The notes: generated from the sequence alone by a model not told the origin. 64,000 bases of DNA from an uncultured Nitrososphaeria archaeon (GCA_964655015.1 CAZZKR010000025.1:10064-74063), one strand, 5' to 3'. Counted from the stretch's first letter, positions 38,666 through 49,748 are shown. Made by a program: numbers and translations.

Positions 38666-39733
38666 ATGGAGAGAATAAAACGCCTTTTAGATCTGATGGA
38701 AGGGAGGGCTTTCAGCGCGTATTTGCTGACGTTACCCGAAAATCTTTACTATTTTATAGGATTTAAGGGCGAGGGCGCGGCCGTAATAATGTCTGACGGC
38801 TCCGTCAGACTTTATACGTTACCTCTTTACTACGAGTTGGCTGTCCAGCAGGTAATACCGAGTGTTGAGGTGATTAAAACAAAGAGCTATGACATGTTCA
38901 AAGAAGAGCTCGCGGATGAGTTGGGTAAGCTGGTCGGGGATGTTGGGTTCGACTACATGGACGCCGAATCCTTCTGGAAGTTATCGTCAAAGTTGAGGTT
39001 TCTACATTTAATTCCGTCATCCGATCTTGTTTGGAAGTTAAGGTCCATAAAAGATGAAAAGGAAATTGAGAAGATAGCAAAAGCAGCGGCAATATCTGAT
39101 GTAGGTATGGAAATCGCTTCCGATTTAATATCGCCAGGTGTGACTGAACAGGATGTGAAGGCAGAACTAACAGAGGAGCTACTAAGATGTGGTGCGGATA
39201 GAGTCGCATTTGACATAATAGTGGCCTCCGGTACAAAGTCGTCTTTACCTCATGGTGGTCCGGGTAATAGACAACTTCAGGCCGGCGACGTTGTTGTTAT
39301 AGACTTGGGTGCATCAGTAAGCGAGTATTCGGCAGATGTAACGAGAACGTTTTTTGTAGGAGATAAAGTACAGGACAAAATTGAGAAGGTTTACAAATTG
39401 GTCGAGGAGGCTAAAAATTTAGCTGAGGAGCATATGATGGCATGGGTCTCAGCTTCGTCCGTTGATAGGGTTGCGAGACAGTTTATAGAAAATGCTGGGT
39501 TTGTTGAGTATTTTGTCCATAGCTTGGGACACGGCATAGGGTTAAGCGTTCACGAGCCGCCAAGAATATCACCTAATAGCAAAGACCTGCTCGCTGAAAA
39601 CATGGTTGTGACATGCGAGCCTGGTGTGTATATTCCAGGACAATACGGTATAAGACTTGAAGATACTTTGGTAATCAAGAAGGATAGTGCTGTACGGTTA
39701 TCTAAGGCACCGTTTAATCCCTATACACATTAA
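38666..39733 (+). CDS. Xaa-Pro peptidase (M24)
   Basis: IDLGA, ADVTRT, HSLGHGIG..HE, EPG, RLED. Confidence 0.94.
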   Translation: MERIKRLLDLMEGRAFSAYLLTLPENLYYFIGFKGEGAAVIMSDGSVRLYTLPLYYELAVQQVIPSVEVIKTKSYDMFKEELADELGKLVGDVGFDYMDAESFWKLSSKLRFLHLIPSSDLVWKLRSIKDEKEIEKIAKAAAISDVGMEIASDLISPGVTEQDVKAELTEELLRCGADRVAFDIIVASGTKSSLPHGGPGNRQLQAGDVVVIDLGASVSEYSADVTRTFFVGDKVQDKIEKVYKLVEEAKNLAEEHMMAWVSASSVDRVARQFIENAGFVEYFVHSLGHGIGLSVHEPPRISPNSKDLLAENMVVTCEPGVYIPGQYGIRLEDTLVIKKDSAVRLSKAPFNPYTH

Positions 39734-40512
39734 ACTCCAAATCTACGATTACGTTGTTGGTATGTTCTGATACTTCGTAGAAAATCTATTTTTCTGAATT
39801 CTGGCCAGAAGACATCAAGAAAAACGAGCTCACTGTATGCGGACTGCCACAATAGAAAATTACTTATTCTCTCCTCACCAGACGTCCTGATTACCAAGTC
39901 GGGATCAGAGTTTGGTATGCCGGATGTGTACAAATTTGACTCGATGATTTTTTCGTCAATTTCATCAATAGAAAGTTTCCCTTCTTTCACCATGAGTGCC
40001 ACTTTCTTTGCGGCATCAACTATTTCAGCTCTTCCGCCATAGGCTACTGCGATATTCAGGAAATGATTGTTATACTCTTTGGTTACTTCCTCTAGAGTCT
40101 CGAGTGCCCTTCTGACGTCGTCTGGTATGAGATGTCTTCTACCGATTATCGTGACCTTTACACGATTGTTATGTATCCTAGGATCATTCACAAGCCTTTC
40201 CGCGCGTTCCTTTATCAACTTGAATATTTCTGATAGTTCCTCTTGGCTCCTCCTCAAATTTTCAGTAGAAAGAACGTAAAGTGTCACTGTCTGGATCTTT
40301 AGCTCAATGCACCATTCAAGAACCCTCTCTGCGACATCCGCTCCAATTTTGTGCCCATAACTATAATCAAAACCTTTACTCCTAGCCCAGCGCCTGTTCC
40401 CGTCCAAGATTAACGCTACGTGCTTTGGTATGGGGCCATTCTTAATGCTATTCGTTAACCACAATTCATATAACCAATAAGCACCAAACAGCTTCAGCAA
40501 TCTCTGAATCAT
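39730..40512 (-). CDS. uppS: cis-Prenyltransferase (UppS family)
   Basis: ILDGNRRWA, STEN, AYGGRAEI, IRTSGEERISNFLLWQ. Confidence 0.96.
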   Translation of the reverse strand: MIQRLLKLFGAYWLYELWLTNSIKNGPIPKHVALILDGNRRWARSKGFDYSYGHKIGADVAERVLEWCIELKIQTVTLYVLSTENLRRSQEELSEIFKLIKERAERLVNDPRIHNNRVKVTIIGRRHLIPDDVRRALETLEEVTKEYNNHFLNIAVAYGGRAEIVDAAKKVALMVKEGKLSIDEIDEKIIESNLYTSGIPNSDPDLVIRTSGEERISNFLLWQSAYSELVFLDVFWPEFRKIDFLRSIRTYQQRNRRFGV

Positions 40513-40521
40513 GCGACCCCC

Positions 40522-41700
40522 TCACTTTGTTTTCTTAAAGTATGGCGCGTATACTTTTCTCAAGTATCTTGTAACTATGAATGTTATCGTTAGAGCCGGT
40601 ATACCTAAAAGTCCTATCGTAAGTAGCATTACCACATGAGGACCAAACGTCATAGCAGATGTGTCCAAAAGTACCAATCCGACCCTTTTCAAGAGCGCCC
40701 ATAACCATATCAGTGTAACGGTTGCTTGAACGGTTCTCCAGAATTTTACGTTCTTTAAAATTATGTAGTATATAGCATACGTAAGGGCCATGACTAATAG
40801 GCTTACAAAAATTAGGTCTATGCCCCCAAGCAGGAATTGACCTGCAAGTGTGGGCAACATTCCTAACCAGTAATAAAAGTCTTCAGAGATTGATGGCAAT
40901 TGTGCATTTTTTGGTAATGCTGAAGACGCGCCAATGTAGCCCGAATAAATGCCTATGAGTAAAATAATCAGCGATGAAATTATGCCGAAGATTCTCAGCT
41001 GCATCAAAGGATGAGAAGATATGAACTTTGATAACGTTCTGAACTTTGCTGCTACCGAACTATCGATCCCAAAACCTCTGATGAATAATGCTATGCCCAG
41101 AATCACTAAAAGTATTGGTAGATTCATCAAACCAAGAGCGTAGAGGGTGCCTATGAAAACTAGCAATATGCCTGGTATTCCTAGAATAACTTTAGAATAT
41201 CTGATGTCGAATATCGCCATCTTTAGGTACCTTCCGAATAGGAGCCATGTATGCTCGATACTCTCGCTTTGTTTGACTACAACTTTCTTGACAGAAATTA
41301 TAGGCAATTTCGATGAAATGATTGGGGAGACGAGTTGATCAGTAACACCATCGCTAACAAAGATGCAGGCAGATGAGGGAAAGTTTTTTAAAACCTCATC
41401 TAACTCGCGCCTTATTTTTTCATCAGACCAGTAACCGCCCTCTTCGCTACCAGCTATGGTCGCAATTTCGACATTCTCTTTTCCATACTTGCTAGCAAGT
41501 TCGTCGTACAGTTTAATGGCACCAAACATGGCATTCGCGTCGGACTCCTCTGGATCCGCCAAGGCAAGGCTTTTTGCTGCCTCTAGATTGCTCTCTTTCC
41601 CCACGATGGGTGTTTTTATACCCGTCTTCTTACCAACATCATTGTCCCTATCAACTACAAGAATTAGGAGCTTCTCTTGTCTTTTTTCCGAATTTTCCAT
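40522..41700 (-). CDS. DUF373 family membrane protein
   Basis: VVDRDND, DPEESDAN, VSDG, VVVKQSESIE. Confidence 0.88.
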   Translation of the reverse strand: MENSEKRQEKLLILVVDRDNDVGKKTGIKTPIVGKESNLEAAKSLALADPEESDANAMFGAIKLYDELASKYGKENVEIATIAGSEEGGYWSDEKIRRELDEVLKNFPSSACIFVSDGVTDQLVSPIISSKLPIISVKKVVVKQSESIEHTWLLFGRYLKMAIFDIRYSKVILGIPGILLVFIGTLYALGLMNLPILLVILGIALFIRGFGIDSSVAAKFRTLSKFISSHPLMQLRIFGIISSLIILLIGIYSGYIGASSALPKNAQLPSISEDFYYWLGMLPTLAGQFLLGGIDLIFVSLLVMALTYAIYYIILKNVKFWRTVQATVTLIWLWALLKRVGLVLLDTSAMTFGPHVVMLLTIGLLGIPALTITFIVTRYLRKVYAPYFKKTK

Positions 41701-41790
41701 GCTATTTTTCCGTTACAATTATTTCCACTCAGTCTAATATAACGTTAACCATTCTAAAAACATTGGAATACGTTATCCGTCCTTCGCATT

Positions 41791-42630
41791 CTAAAGTTTA
41801 AACTCCTCATCGTTCTCAAGCAAAAGTTTCAATTCTTGGAATGTTACGCTCTTACCTTTTAATAGCCTCTGTTTTACCTCAGAAATAACGCGCTTTTTAG
41901 CCTCTTCTTCTTTCCGTTTCACCGTATTGTCCATGGTGGTCTTTAACTGTTCCATCAACAATGTCAACTTAGATTGGAATAATATTCGCTCAGCCTCAGC
42001 CCTGCTAAGTCTCTCCTTTATCTCCATGTAATCTTTACACTTCTCCTCGTACTTTTTCTTCAAATTCTCGTATTCTTCTTTCATTCTGCTAATTTCTTCG
42101 CTAATGTCTTCCAACATGCTTTTTGTTGTATTCAACTCGTTTCCTATCGAATTAATTTTATCATTCTGAGCGTTAATGCTCGCGATGAGGCTTTCCCGTT
42201 TTTTAATCAATATTGCAACCTCCTCTAACTTTTTGGACTCAAGGAAAAGCCTTCTTTCTTCGCTCGGTTTTAGTATCGAAGTATGTATTGTCCACTCTAT
42301 GTTTTTGATCTTCTCATTTATTTCATCTATGCTAACATCGCTCTTTGGATATCTTACGTCGTTTTCGATACTCTTCAGTTGTTTGATAAGCTCACTTCTC
42401 GAAGCGTAGCATGCCTTCAACTCAGACTTCAGTTTCTTATACTCTTCCAAAAGCTTCTTCTTTTCATTTAACTTTTCTTGAAGCTTCTGCCTCACCTCTT
42501 TTTTCTGCTCGCGGAGAGAATCTAGCGCTCTTGATGCCTCGCTGAACATGGCCTCGATTTGCTTTATTACACCGCTTAACTCCCTGACTTTCTCCTTTAG
42601 TTGCTCGACTTCCGTATCTTCGTATGCCAT
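41791..42630 (-). CDS. Archaeal coiled-coil protein (COG1340-like)
   Basis: Heptad-rich, IEWTIHTS..EER, C-terminal GKSVTFQELKLL. Confidence 0.75.
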   Translation of the reverse strand: MAYEDTEVEQLKEKVRELSGVIKQIEAMFSEASRALDSLREQKKEVRQKLQEKLNEKKKLLEEYKKLKSELKACYASRSELIKQLKSIENDVRYPKSDVSIDEINEKIKNIEWTIHTSILKPSEERRLFLESKKLEEVAILIKKRESLIASINAQNDKINSIGNELNTTKSMLEDISEEISRMKEEYENLKKKYEEKCKDYMEIKERLSRAEAERILFQSKLTLLMEQLKTTMDNTVKRKEEEAKKRVISEVKQRLLKGKSVTFQELKLLLENDEEFKL

Positions 42631-42725
42631 TGTTCTCTCTCCTTTGAAAGTTTTAGGATTATATAAGCCTCTACGTTTTGACATTGATGTAAATGTTTAA
42701 AACGCTTGACAAATGCAAATACTTT

Positions 42726-43487
42726 CTACCTAAGCTCTAACTCGCCCTCGCTAAATATCCTTGTGAGAGCACCATGAAGTTCAACAAGGCCACTCATATT
42801 AAGGGCTGACACGGGTATTATGGGAATAAAACTACTCACGTCGAACACGGCTTTTGCAACATCCCTCGCGAGTAGCATTTGAGCTCCTTTAAGTTTATTC
42901 TCCAGATCTAGCAAGAATGCTTCATCCGATTCAGCCCATCTGAGTATCCTATTTACGTATTTTTTTGGTATAGCATCAACTTTTGATAATGCCATAACGA
43001 GAGGCATGCCGAAGCTTAGGTATATCGATACGGAAAGGAATATGCTTGCGGCGAAGTTTTTCGGATTAATGCAGAACATTGGGTCCAGAAGGAACAGCAT
43101 CGCTTTGGAACCGTCAGTAAGGCTTTTGGCGATTATTTTTCCCTCTTTCCTGAATGCGAAGAGTTCAAGCTGACCCGGCGTATCAACGAGCACATAATCA
43201 ACGTTGAACGAATTAACTTCTTCTCTTAGTTCCTCTATATGTCTAGCAATCTCTCTTACAGATGCTATTAGTGCTGCATTCGGTCCGAGTCTTCGGGTTA
43301 CCATTATCCTTTCATAGTCGACCATCTCTCTTACATCCACGTCAGGCTCGTAGGGCAGAACTGTTGCCGCAGGGTCTAGGTTAACCGTTATGGTCGACTG
43401 CTCTTGGTCACGAAGCCACTCGCTAAATGACCCGGTCAGGGTCGATTTACCAGATCCTGCAGTTCCTGTTATAAATAGAGTGTACAT
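42726..43487 (-). CDS. GPN-loop GTPase
   Basis: GTAGSGKS, NLDP, GPN, DTPGQLELF. Confidence 0.95.
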   Translation of the reverse strand: MYTLFITGTAGSGKSTLTGSFSEWLRDQEQSTITVNLDPAATVLPYEPDVDVREMVDYERIMVTRRLGPNAALIASVREIARHIEELREEVNSFNVDYVLVDTPGQLELFAFRKEGKIIAKSLTDGSKAMLFLLDPMFCINPKNFAASIFLSVSIYLSFGMPLVMALSKVDAIPKKYVNRILRWAESDEAFLLDLENKLKGAQMLLARDVAKAVFDVSSFIPIIPVSALNMSGLVELHGALTRIFSEGELELR

Positions 43488-43550
43488 AATTTCCACTTCT
43501 CAATTATTTATTTTTACGTTAACTTATATGCATAACTTAACTCGTGGGGT

Positions 43551-44783
43551 TTATTCGGCTCTAAGTGCCTGTACTGGGTCTAGCCTTGCCGCTCTTAAAG
43601 CTGGATATATGCCAGAGAGAAGACCTACGACGACGGCAAACAAAAAACTACCTGCTAGCGTTGTCAGCGTTATCCTAGGCTGGTATAACACCGGATTTCC
43701 GCTCATTCCAATCAGGAAAGACGAAAACATCCCCCCGAGTGACATAGCTAACAAGCTTCCTAGAACCATGCCGAGTAAGCCCCCTATTATGCCTATTAAT
43801 GTTGACTCTGCTAGGAAAATTTTTGCAACATCCTTTTGAGAAAAGCCCAAGGCCCTAAGTATGCCTATTTCCTTTGTCCTCTCCATAACGGTCATGAACA
43901 TAGTGTTCATAATACCTACACCAGCGACTACTAGCGCTATACTGGACACCACTAGGAGGAATATCGTGAAGTTATTGAGTATTGTCTTCACCTGCCTTAC
44001 TATCGTTAAGGGGCTAATCAAGTCCGCATCTTTTCCGTAGATGTTGTTCAAGGCTTCGATGGTAGGTTCGACAAAATCCGTAGATTCTACAATCACCACG
44101 ATGCTAGGATAACTCGTAGACTTGAAAATACTGCGCGCCTGCGGTATGGTTATCATGATGCTTTTATCGACGTCAAGATATGGGGTCGAACCGAACTTCT
44201 TGTATATCGCTCCGACGATAAAGGACCTCGTGACGCGTTGCCCTTCAACTGTAAGTTCTAGTGTCACGCTACTGTATAGGGGTATGTTCTTACCTAACTC
44301 TCCGGGTGGGAATGCAACATCGTATCCTATAGCTACCGTTGCCATGTCGTTCGGTGATAGATCTTCACCTTGATAGATTTCCAAATCGGGTAATATTTGA
44401 TATGTCAAGGTCGGATCCAGACCTATTATGGAAACTGTTTGCTCGAAGCCACCGCCTATAAGCTTGCCCCGAGAAAGATAGAACGGGCTGACAGCCTTAA
44501 CCCCTGGTAAGTTTGCGAGCAACATGACATCGGTATCCGTCAGCTTTAGGGTCTCTCTCGGACCAGCCCGGGCAGATACCGTTCCGGAGGGTGTTACGAA
44601 TATATTGTTGACACCTATCTTCGAGAGAACGTCATCTATTAAGACGTTTAGACCTTCGGTGTTCGATACTAGGGATATTATTAATGCAGTTCCTATCATT
44701 ATGCCTACGACGGTCAGAACAGTCCTTACCCTGCGAGTCCTTAAGCCGCCGAAGGCGTACCAGACTGTATCAACGATTTTCGT
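43551..44783 (-). CDS. MacB/FtsX-type ABC permease, start codon reads ACG
   Basis: GIMNTM..VMERTKEIGILRALG, YPALRAARLDPV. N-terminal KIVD..RRVRTVLTVVGIMIG lies upstream of the first ATG (44699). Confidence 0.88.
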   Translation of the reverse strand, partial: TKIVDTVWYAFGGLRTRRVRTVLTVVGIMIGTALIISLVSNTEGLNVLIDDVLSKIGVNNIFVTPSGTVSARAGPRETLKLTDTDVMLLANLPGVKAVSPFYLSRGKLIGGGFEQTVSIIGLDPTLTYQILPDLEIYQGEDLSPNDMATVAIGYDVAFPPGELGKNIPLYSSVTLELTVEGQRVTRSFIVGAIYKKFGSTPYLDVDKSIMITIPQARSIFKSTSYPSIVVIVESTDFVEPTIEALNNIYGKDADLISPLTIVRQVKTILNNFTIFLLVVSSIALVVAGVGIMNTMFMTVMERTKEIGILRALGFSQKDVAKIFLAESTLIGIIGGLLGMVLGSLLAMSLGGMFSSFLIGMSGNPVLYQPRITLTTLAGSFLFAVVVGLLSGIYPALRAARLDPVQALRAE

Positions 44784-46756
44784 CTCCTTCTCCCCCCTAT
44801 CTTTATTGCTGATACGACAGAAGCTACGGCAGCTATAGCTATTAAGACGGCGGCTGTATACCAGACACTATCGGTCAGAACAATGCCTGTTTTTTCTTGA
44901 GGTTGCGGCCAGCTACTCGTGATTACCACATCATACACAAACGTTTTCGAAAAGTTGTTCCTTAACGTATCTTTGTATTCGACTAAGATTTTTACCGGTA
45001 TAACACCGGGTGTGAGGTTTCCTACGACGACTATTGGTAGATTAAACATCAAAGGAGCATTTGGATTCACATCCCCGAGATAAACGGACCTAAGCGGACG
45101 TATAACGTTATTACCATCAACCAACAAAATTCTCGTAAAGAATGCCGGTTCATTCCCTTCATTTAACAACCTTCCAACAATGTATGGTTGTTTATTTATG
45201 ACCTCAAAGTTTAAGTCCTGAAGTTTTAAGTCTATTATGCCCTTAACATAGTATCCAAGCTTGTAACTTTCTGTTTTTGTTATGCCCTGCCAATCTATAT
45301 ACTCGACATTCACGTTTATGTACGTCGAGTATCCAACGGTGGATAGTTTTTCAAAAGTCTGCTCCGAGACAAAGATCAGAACGTTTAACTCAATTTCCTC
45401 GTCTGGACGTATTTCTTTGAAATATTCTCTGGCGCCCTCCAGCAGGGTTAACCAACTAGCTGTGGATTCCAAAGTTATCGACACATCTCTTAATGTGTAT
45501 GGTTTCAGGTTCTTCACAAGTATGCTCACGTTGTTTATAGAACCAGATGTTAAGTACGCCTCCGATGTTATCTTGAACGCTTTAGAAAGTGGTTGGTCCG
45601 CAACCCTTATGCCTATTGTTCTGATCACTTCATATGAATTGTTGTAAATATCGCGATAGGATAGTTTCAATGAAAGCAAGAAAGATTTGCCAGAGGCCAT
45701 CTGACTGGCGAATAACTCGAAGTCCATTATTTGCTCCTCTCCGGGTTTTAACTCGTTCAAACTCCACCTGCCAGTTTTTCCAACAAATGTAAGAAATGCA
45801 GGTGTACTCTGCGGAAGTGTTAGCTCAGCTTCTACAGAGTAAGCAGGCTCTGTCCCCTCGTTCCGAATAACCATTTTTAGCTGATTTACCGTCGTAGGTG
45901 ATAGTAAATCGTTATCAAGTGTCACTTCGATCCTTATCCTCTCAGTTATATATGTGCCTATGCGAAACATAGCGTTATGTTGAAGTCTCTTTTGCTGTCC
46001 ATACGAGTCCAAGTATGTGATATCTATCGGTATGCGTAAGGCTTTGTTTGCAGCATAGCTTTCTATTTGTAGCAGTATGGGCAACATCACATCGGTACCT
46101 GGCGGTATTCTACTAAATTGCCAGGAGCGTTTTGTATCAATTAAGGTCACACCTGGTATGTCCGGGTCTCCTAATGAAATCATTACGTTATACATGTCCG
46201 CGGTACCATCATTAGAGATTATGATCTTGACTTCGTTTGACATGCCCGGTATCAAAGATTTGTATTCCGTCTTGACCGAAGCTAAGCTCTTTCCAGTGAC
46301 TCTTATATCAAAGTAAACATACGATGAGGACATGACAAGGTCTTTTTCATCCTCGTCATAGTACTTGTAGTATACGACTGCATATGCTTTGTAGAGGCCG
46401 GGTTTTATCTCGTCAGATATATCGATGAGGTAGTGAAGTGTAAAGGATCTTCCGCTTGGTACAGGATCTACATAGACGGCCTCGCGGGTAAATCTGGACT
46501 TCGTTAAAGAATCTTCAAACCCCTCAGGGAGGACGAGATAACCTCTTACACCTATAATTTGTTCTTTTCTTGCATTAACCATCTGTAAAGTCAATGGTAC
46601 GTTTTTGTCACCTGCGTCAACTTCGATCTTGTTGCTTGGGTCGCCCCAGAACGCATCCACGGCTATTATGTTTTCTGAATGCACGCTTACCAAATTTATA
46701 AGTGCAAGCACAAATGTTATTGAGAATAACATTAAAATGATCTTATGGTTTTTCAT
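44741..46756 (-). CDS. Secreted S-layer-domain (COG1361-like) protein with C-terminal anchor
   Basis: Signal peptide, repeated Ig-like NxG motifs, C-terminal TM plus basic tail. Lies in the ABC operon. Confidence 0.75.
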   Translation of the reverse strand: MKNHKIILMLFSITFVLALINLVSVHSENIIAVDAFWGDPSNKIEVDAGDKNVPLTLQMVNARKEQIIGVRGYLVLPEGFEDSLTKSRFTREAVYVDPVPSGRSFTLHYLIDISDEIKPGLYKAYAVVYYKYYDEDEKDLVMSSSYVYFDIRVTGKSLASVKTEYKSLIPGMSNEVKIIISNDGTADMYNVMISLGDPDIPGVTLIDTKRSWQFSRIPPGTDVMLPILLQIESYAANKALRIPIDITYLDSYGQQKRLQHNAMFRIGTYITERIRIEVTLDNDLLSPTTVNQLKMVIRNEGTEPAYSVEAELTLPQSTPAFLTFVGKTGRWSLNELKPGEEQIMDFELFASQMASGKSFLLSLKLSYRDIYNNSYEVIRTIGIRVADQPLSKAFKITSEAYLTSGSINNVSILVKNLKPYTLRDVSITLESTASWLTLLEGAREYFKEIRPDEEIELNVLIFVSEQTFEKLSTVGYSTYINVNVEYIDWQGITKTESYKLGYYVKGIIDLKLQDLNFEVINKQPYIVGRLLNEGNEPAFFTRILLVDGNNVIRPLRSVYLGDVNPNAPLMFNLPIVVVGNLTPGVIPVKILVEYKDTLRNNFSKTFVYDVVITSSWPQPQEKTGIVLTDSVWYTAAVLIAIAAVASVVSAIKIGGRRRRKSLIQSGTPSAA

Positions 46757-47432
46757 AAACCATCCCATCCCTCAGCCTGATTATTCGATCAGCGGATTCC
46801 GCTATCTCCATGTTATGGGTTACCACAACAACCGTGGACCCATGCCTTTTATTTATGTCTTTTATTACGTTTATAACACCCTCTGCAGACTTTGAGTCAA
46901 GATTGCCAGTAGGCTCATCGCATAGCAGAATTTTCGGGTTGGTTACTATAGCTCTTGCTATAGCTACACGTTGCTGCTCGCCTCCACTCAGCTCCGTAGG
47001 TTTATTGTTATACTTTGATGCTAGCCCAACTAGGTCGAGCGCCCTTATCGCTAACTTCTCTCTTTCGTCTGGAGGAACACCCCTTAGCATTAAAGGGAGT
47101 TCTACATTTTGTTTGGCGGTTAATCTGGGGATTAGGTTGTATGCTTGAAATACAAAACCTACGGTTCTGTTCCTTAGCACGCTTAGTTCAGCATCATTTA
47201 ACATAGAAATGTCTACGCCGTCTATGAAGACTTTGCCTTTAGTCGGTCTATCCAAAGCGCCAGCTATGTGAAGTAAGGTAGATTTCCCGCTACCACTCGG
47301 TCCAACAACCGCGACGAACTCGCCGCTTTCAATATATAATGTGACGCCTCGTAGTGCTGGAAACTCTATGTTACCCATTCGGTAAATCTTCCAGACATCC
47401 TCAAACCTGATGGTATATCCTTTCGTAGCCAT
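46743..47432 (-). CDS. ABC transporter ATPase (LolD/MacB-like)
   Basis: GPSGSGKST, LSGGEQQR, DEPTGNLD, VVTH. Confidence 0.96.
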   Translation of the reverse strand: MATKGYTIRFEDVWKIYRMGNIEFPALRGVTLYIESGEFVAVVGPSGSGKSTLLHIAGALDRPTKGKVFIDGVDISMLNDAELSVLRNRTVGFVFQAYNLIPRLTAKQNVELPLMLRGVPPDEREKLAIRALDLVGLASKYNNKPTELSGGEQQRVAIARAIVTNPKILLCDEPTGNLDSKSAEGVINVIKDINKRHGSTVVVVTHNMEIAESADRIIRLRDGMVYEKP

Positions 47433-47486
47433 ATTCCGTTAAAATATGTGACGATAACAATATAAAGGTATGCGGCGCTATAAAAA

Positions 47487-48437
47487 ATGGCCATGGTTAC
47501 AATAGATGAAGATAAGATAACTTCCATTGTAGAAAAAGTTATGCCTTCTGTGGTAAACGTTAGCACGATCCACTTCCTTCAAGTCTCTCCTTTTGAAATT
47601 GCGCCTGTAAGTGGTGTAGGTTCAGGAATAGTGTTTGATTCAGACGGGTACATTATAACCAATGCGCATGTAGTCGAAGCGGCTCAAAGAATAAACGTTA
47701 CACTATACAACGGCGAGGTCCTGAGCGGTGAGGTTATCGGCAAAGATATCATGACTGATGTTGCTCTCATAAAGGTTGATAGAAAAGGCCTACAGGCGGC
47801 TAGGTTAGGAGATTCTTCGAAACTTAAAGTTGGACAATTCGTCATAGCTATCGGGAACCCGTTTGGTTTGGCAGGCGGTCCTACAGTAACTATGGGTGTA
47901 ATCAGCGCGCTAAACAGAAACATACAGACGCGCTTTGGTTTGATGGAGGGTCTCGTTCAGACAGATGCCGCTATAAATCCGGGAAATAGCGGGGGCCCCT
48001 TGATAAACTTAGCGGGCGAAGTTATAGCGATTACAACAGCCATAATACCGTTTGCCCAGGGCATTGGATTCGCAATACCAATAAATACCGTGAAAAAAGT
48101 GGCCGAGGACATCATTACAGTAGGTTACGTTAGAAGACCGTGGCTCGGCATAGTGGGCATATCTCTTAATCCTACGACGTCAACATACTATAACTTTCCA
48201 GTTGATGAAGGTGTTCTGGTCTATAGGGTTGCACCGAATAGTCCAGCCCACTTGGCCGGTATAAGAGAAGGTGACATAATAGTCGCGATAGATGGTGAAA
48301 ACGTGAATTCCATCGAGACGCTAAAAAAGATAATTGAATCAAAAAAAGTTGGAGCTGAGATAGAGGTAAGCATAGTCAGGGGCCTGAGCTTGACTAAGAC
48401 AAAAGTTAGGCTTTTAGCCTTAAGACCTTCGGAGTAA
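47487..48437 (+). CDS. HtrA/DegP-like serine protease with PDZ domain, no signal peptide
   Basis: TNAHV, DVA, NPGNSGGP, C-terminal PDZ. Confidence 0.94.
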   Translation: MAMVTIDEDKITSIVEKVMPSVVNVSTIHFLQVSPFEIAPVSGVGSGIVFDSDGYIITNAHVVEAAQRINVTLYNGEVLSGEVIGKDIMTDVALIKVDRKGLQAARLGDSSKLKVGQFVIAIGNPFGLAGGPTVTMGVISALNRNIQTRFGLMEGLVQTDAAINPGNSGGPLINLAGEVIAITTAIIPFAQGIGFAIPINTVKKVAEDIITVGYVRRPWLGIVGISLNPTTSTYYNFPVDEGVLVYRVAPNSPAHLAGIREGDIIVAIDGENVNSIETLKKIIESKKVGAEIEVSIVRGLSLTKTKVRLLALRPSE

Positions 48438-48452
48438 GTTGGTGATTCCATC

Positions 48453-49748
48453 ATGGAACTTTACGAGCTTAGGACGCAAAAATCGCGAATTCTTCATGAT
48501 GAAGCGAGAAAGTTCTTGCCTGGGGGCGTTACTTATGCAATAAAGTACTGGGAACCGTATCCGATTTATGTCTCCAGAGCTAAAGGTAGCAGGATATGGG
48601 ATGTTGATGGAAACGAATATTTAGATTTCTGGATGGGACACGCAGCGATCATAATGGGACATGCGTATGAGCCAGTCATCAGGGCAGCGAAAGAACAGCT
48701 TGAGCTGGGTGCCCATCTTGGTTTCTGCCATGAGTGGGAGATAAAGTTAGCAGAAATTGTGACGAAGATGGTGCCAAGCGTAAGGTTATTCAGAGCCACA
48801 AACAGCGGTACCGAGGCAAACATGTATGCCATTAGGCTTGCTAGGGCTTACACGGGGAAAAGCAAGATAGCAAAGTTTGAAGGACACTGGCACGGTGGTT
48901 ACGACGCTCTACATAAGGCTGTTAACCCACCGCTAGACAAACCAGCATCATTGGGTTTAACGGACTGTGTTATGAATGATACGATAGTTTTGCCATTCAA
49001 CGACCTCGATGGTGTGAGGCAGAAGGTAAAAGGTGAAAATCTTGCATGTATAATTCTAGAACCTGTTATGGGATCCAACGGCATGATACCTGCCGATAGA
49101 GAATTCCTTAAAGGGCTCAGAGAACTTTGCGACGAGCTTGACATCCTTTTGATATTCGATGAAGTAATAACGGGCTTTAGGTTGGCCAAGGGTGGTGCGC
49201 AGGAGTACTACGGCGTATTGGCAGATATTACTACGTTCGGTAAGGTCCTCGGTGGGGGCATATTTCCTGCTGGTGGGTTTGGAGGTAGAGAGGATATCAT
49301 GGAATTACTCGATCAGACAAAAAGGAAGCATTATGAGATGTCGTTTCACGGTGGAACCTATGCTGGGAATCCGCTTACGGCCAGGGCAGGTTACACGTTG
49401 TTAAGCGAGCTGATAAAGGGCGATGCGTATCCAAAGATAAACGCACTTGGTGAGAAAGCCAGAAAAGGGTTGGAGGACGTTTTCAGCAGACATAAGGTAA
49501 GTGCTCATGTTACTGGCGTAGGGTCTCTATTTGCAGTTCACTTCACAAAAGAAAAACCAAGAGACATTAGGAGCGCAATAGGTGATACCAAACTCGCAAA
49601 AGATTGCTTTTACTTTATGCTTAACAACAACATTTTATGCATGAAACCTAGCAAGCAGGTGTTTGCCCCCTCAGTGGCGCATTCTGAGGAAGATATAGAA
49701 CGCTTGCTCTCGGTTATGGAGGAGTTTTTAAGGCAAGTACCGATTTAA
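48453..49748 (+). CDS. Class III PLP aminotransferase, HemL-like
   Basis: NSGTEA, FDEVITGFR, TFGKVLGGG, GTYAGNPL. Confidence 0.88.
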   Translation: MELYELRTQKSRILHDEARKFLPGGVTYAIKYWEPYPIYVSRAKGSRIWDVDGNEYLDFWMGHAAIIMGHAYEPVIRAAKEQLELGAHLGFCHEWEIKLAEIVTKMVPSVRLFRATNSGTEANMYAIRLARAYTGKSKIAKFEGHWHGGYDALHKAVNPPLDKPASLGLTDCVMNDTIVLPFNDLDGVRQKVKGENLACIILEPVMGSNGMIPADREFLKGLRELCDELDILLIFDEVITGFRLAKGGAQEYYGVLADITTFGKVLGGGIFPAGGFGGREDIMELLDQTKRKHYEMSFHGGTYAGNPLTARAGYTLLSELIKGDAYPKINALGEKARKGLEDVFSRHKVSAHVTGVGSLFAVHFTKEKPRDIRSAIGDTKLAKDCFYFMLNNNILCMKPSKQVFAPSVAHSEEDIERLLSVMEEFLRQVPI

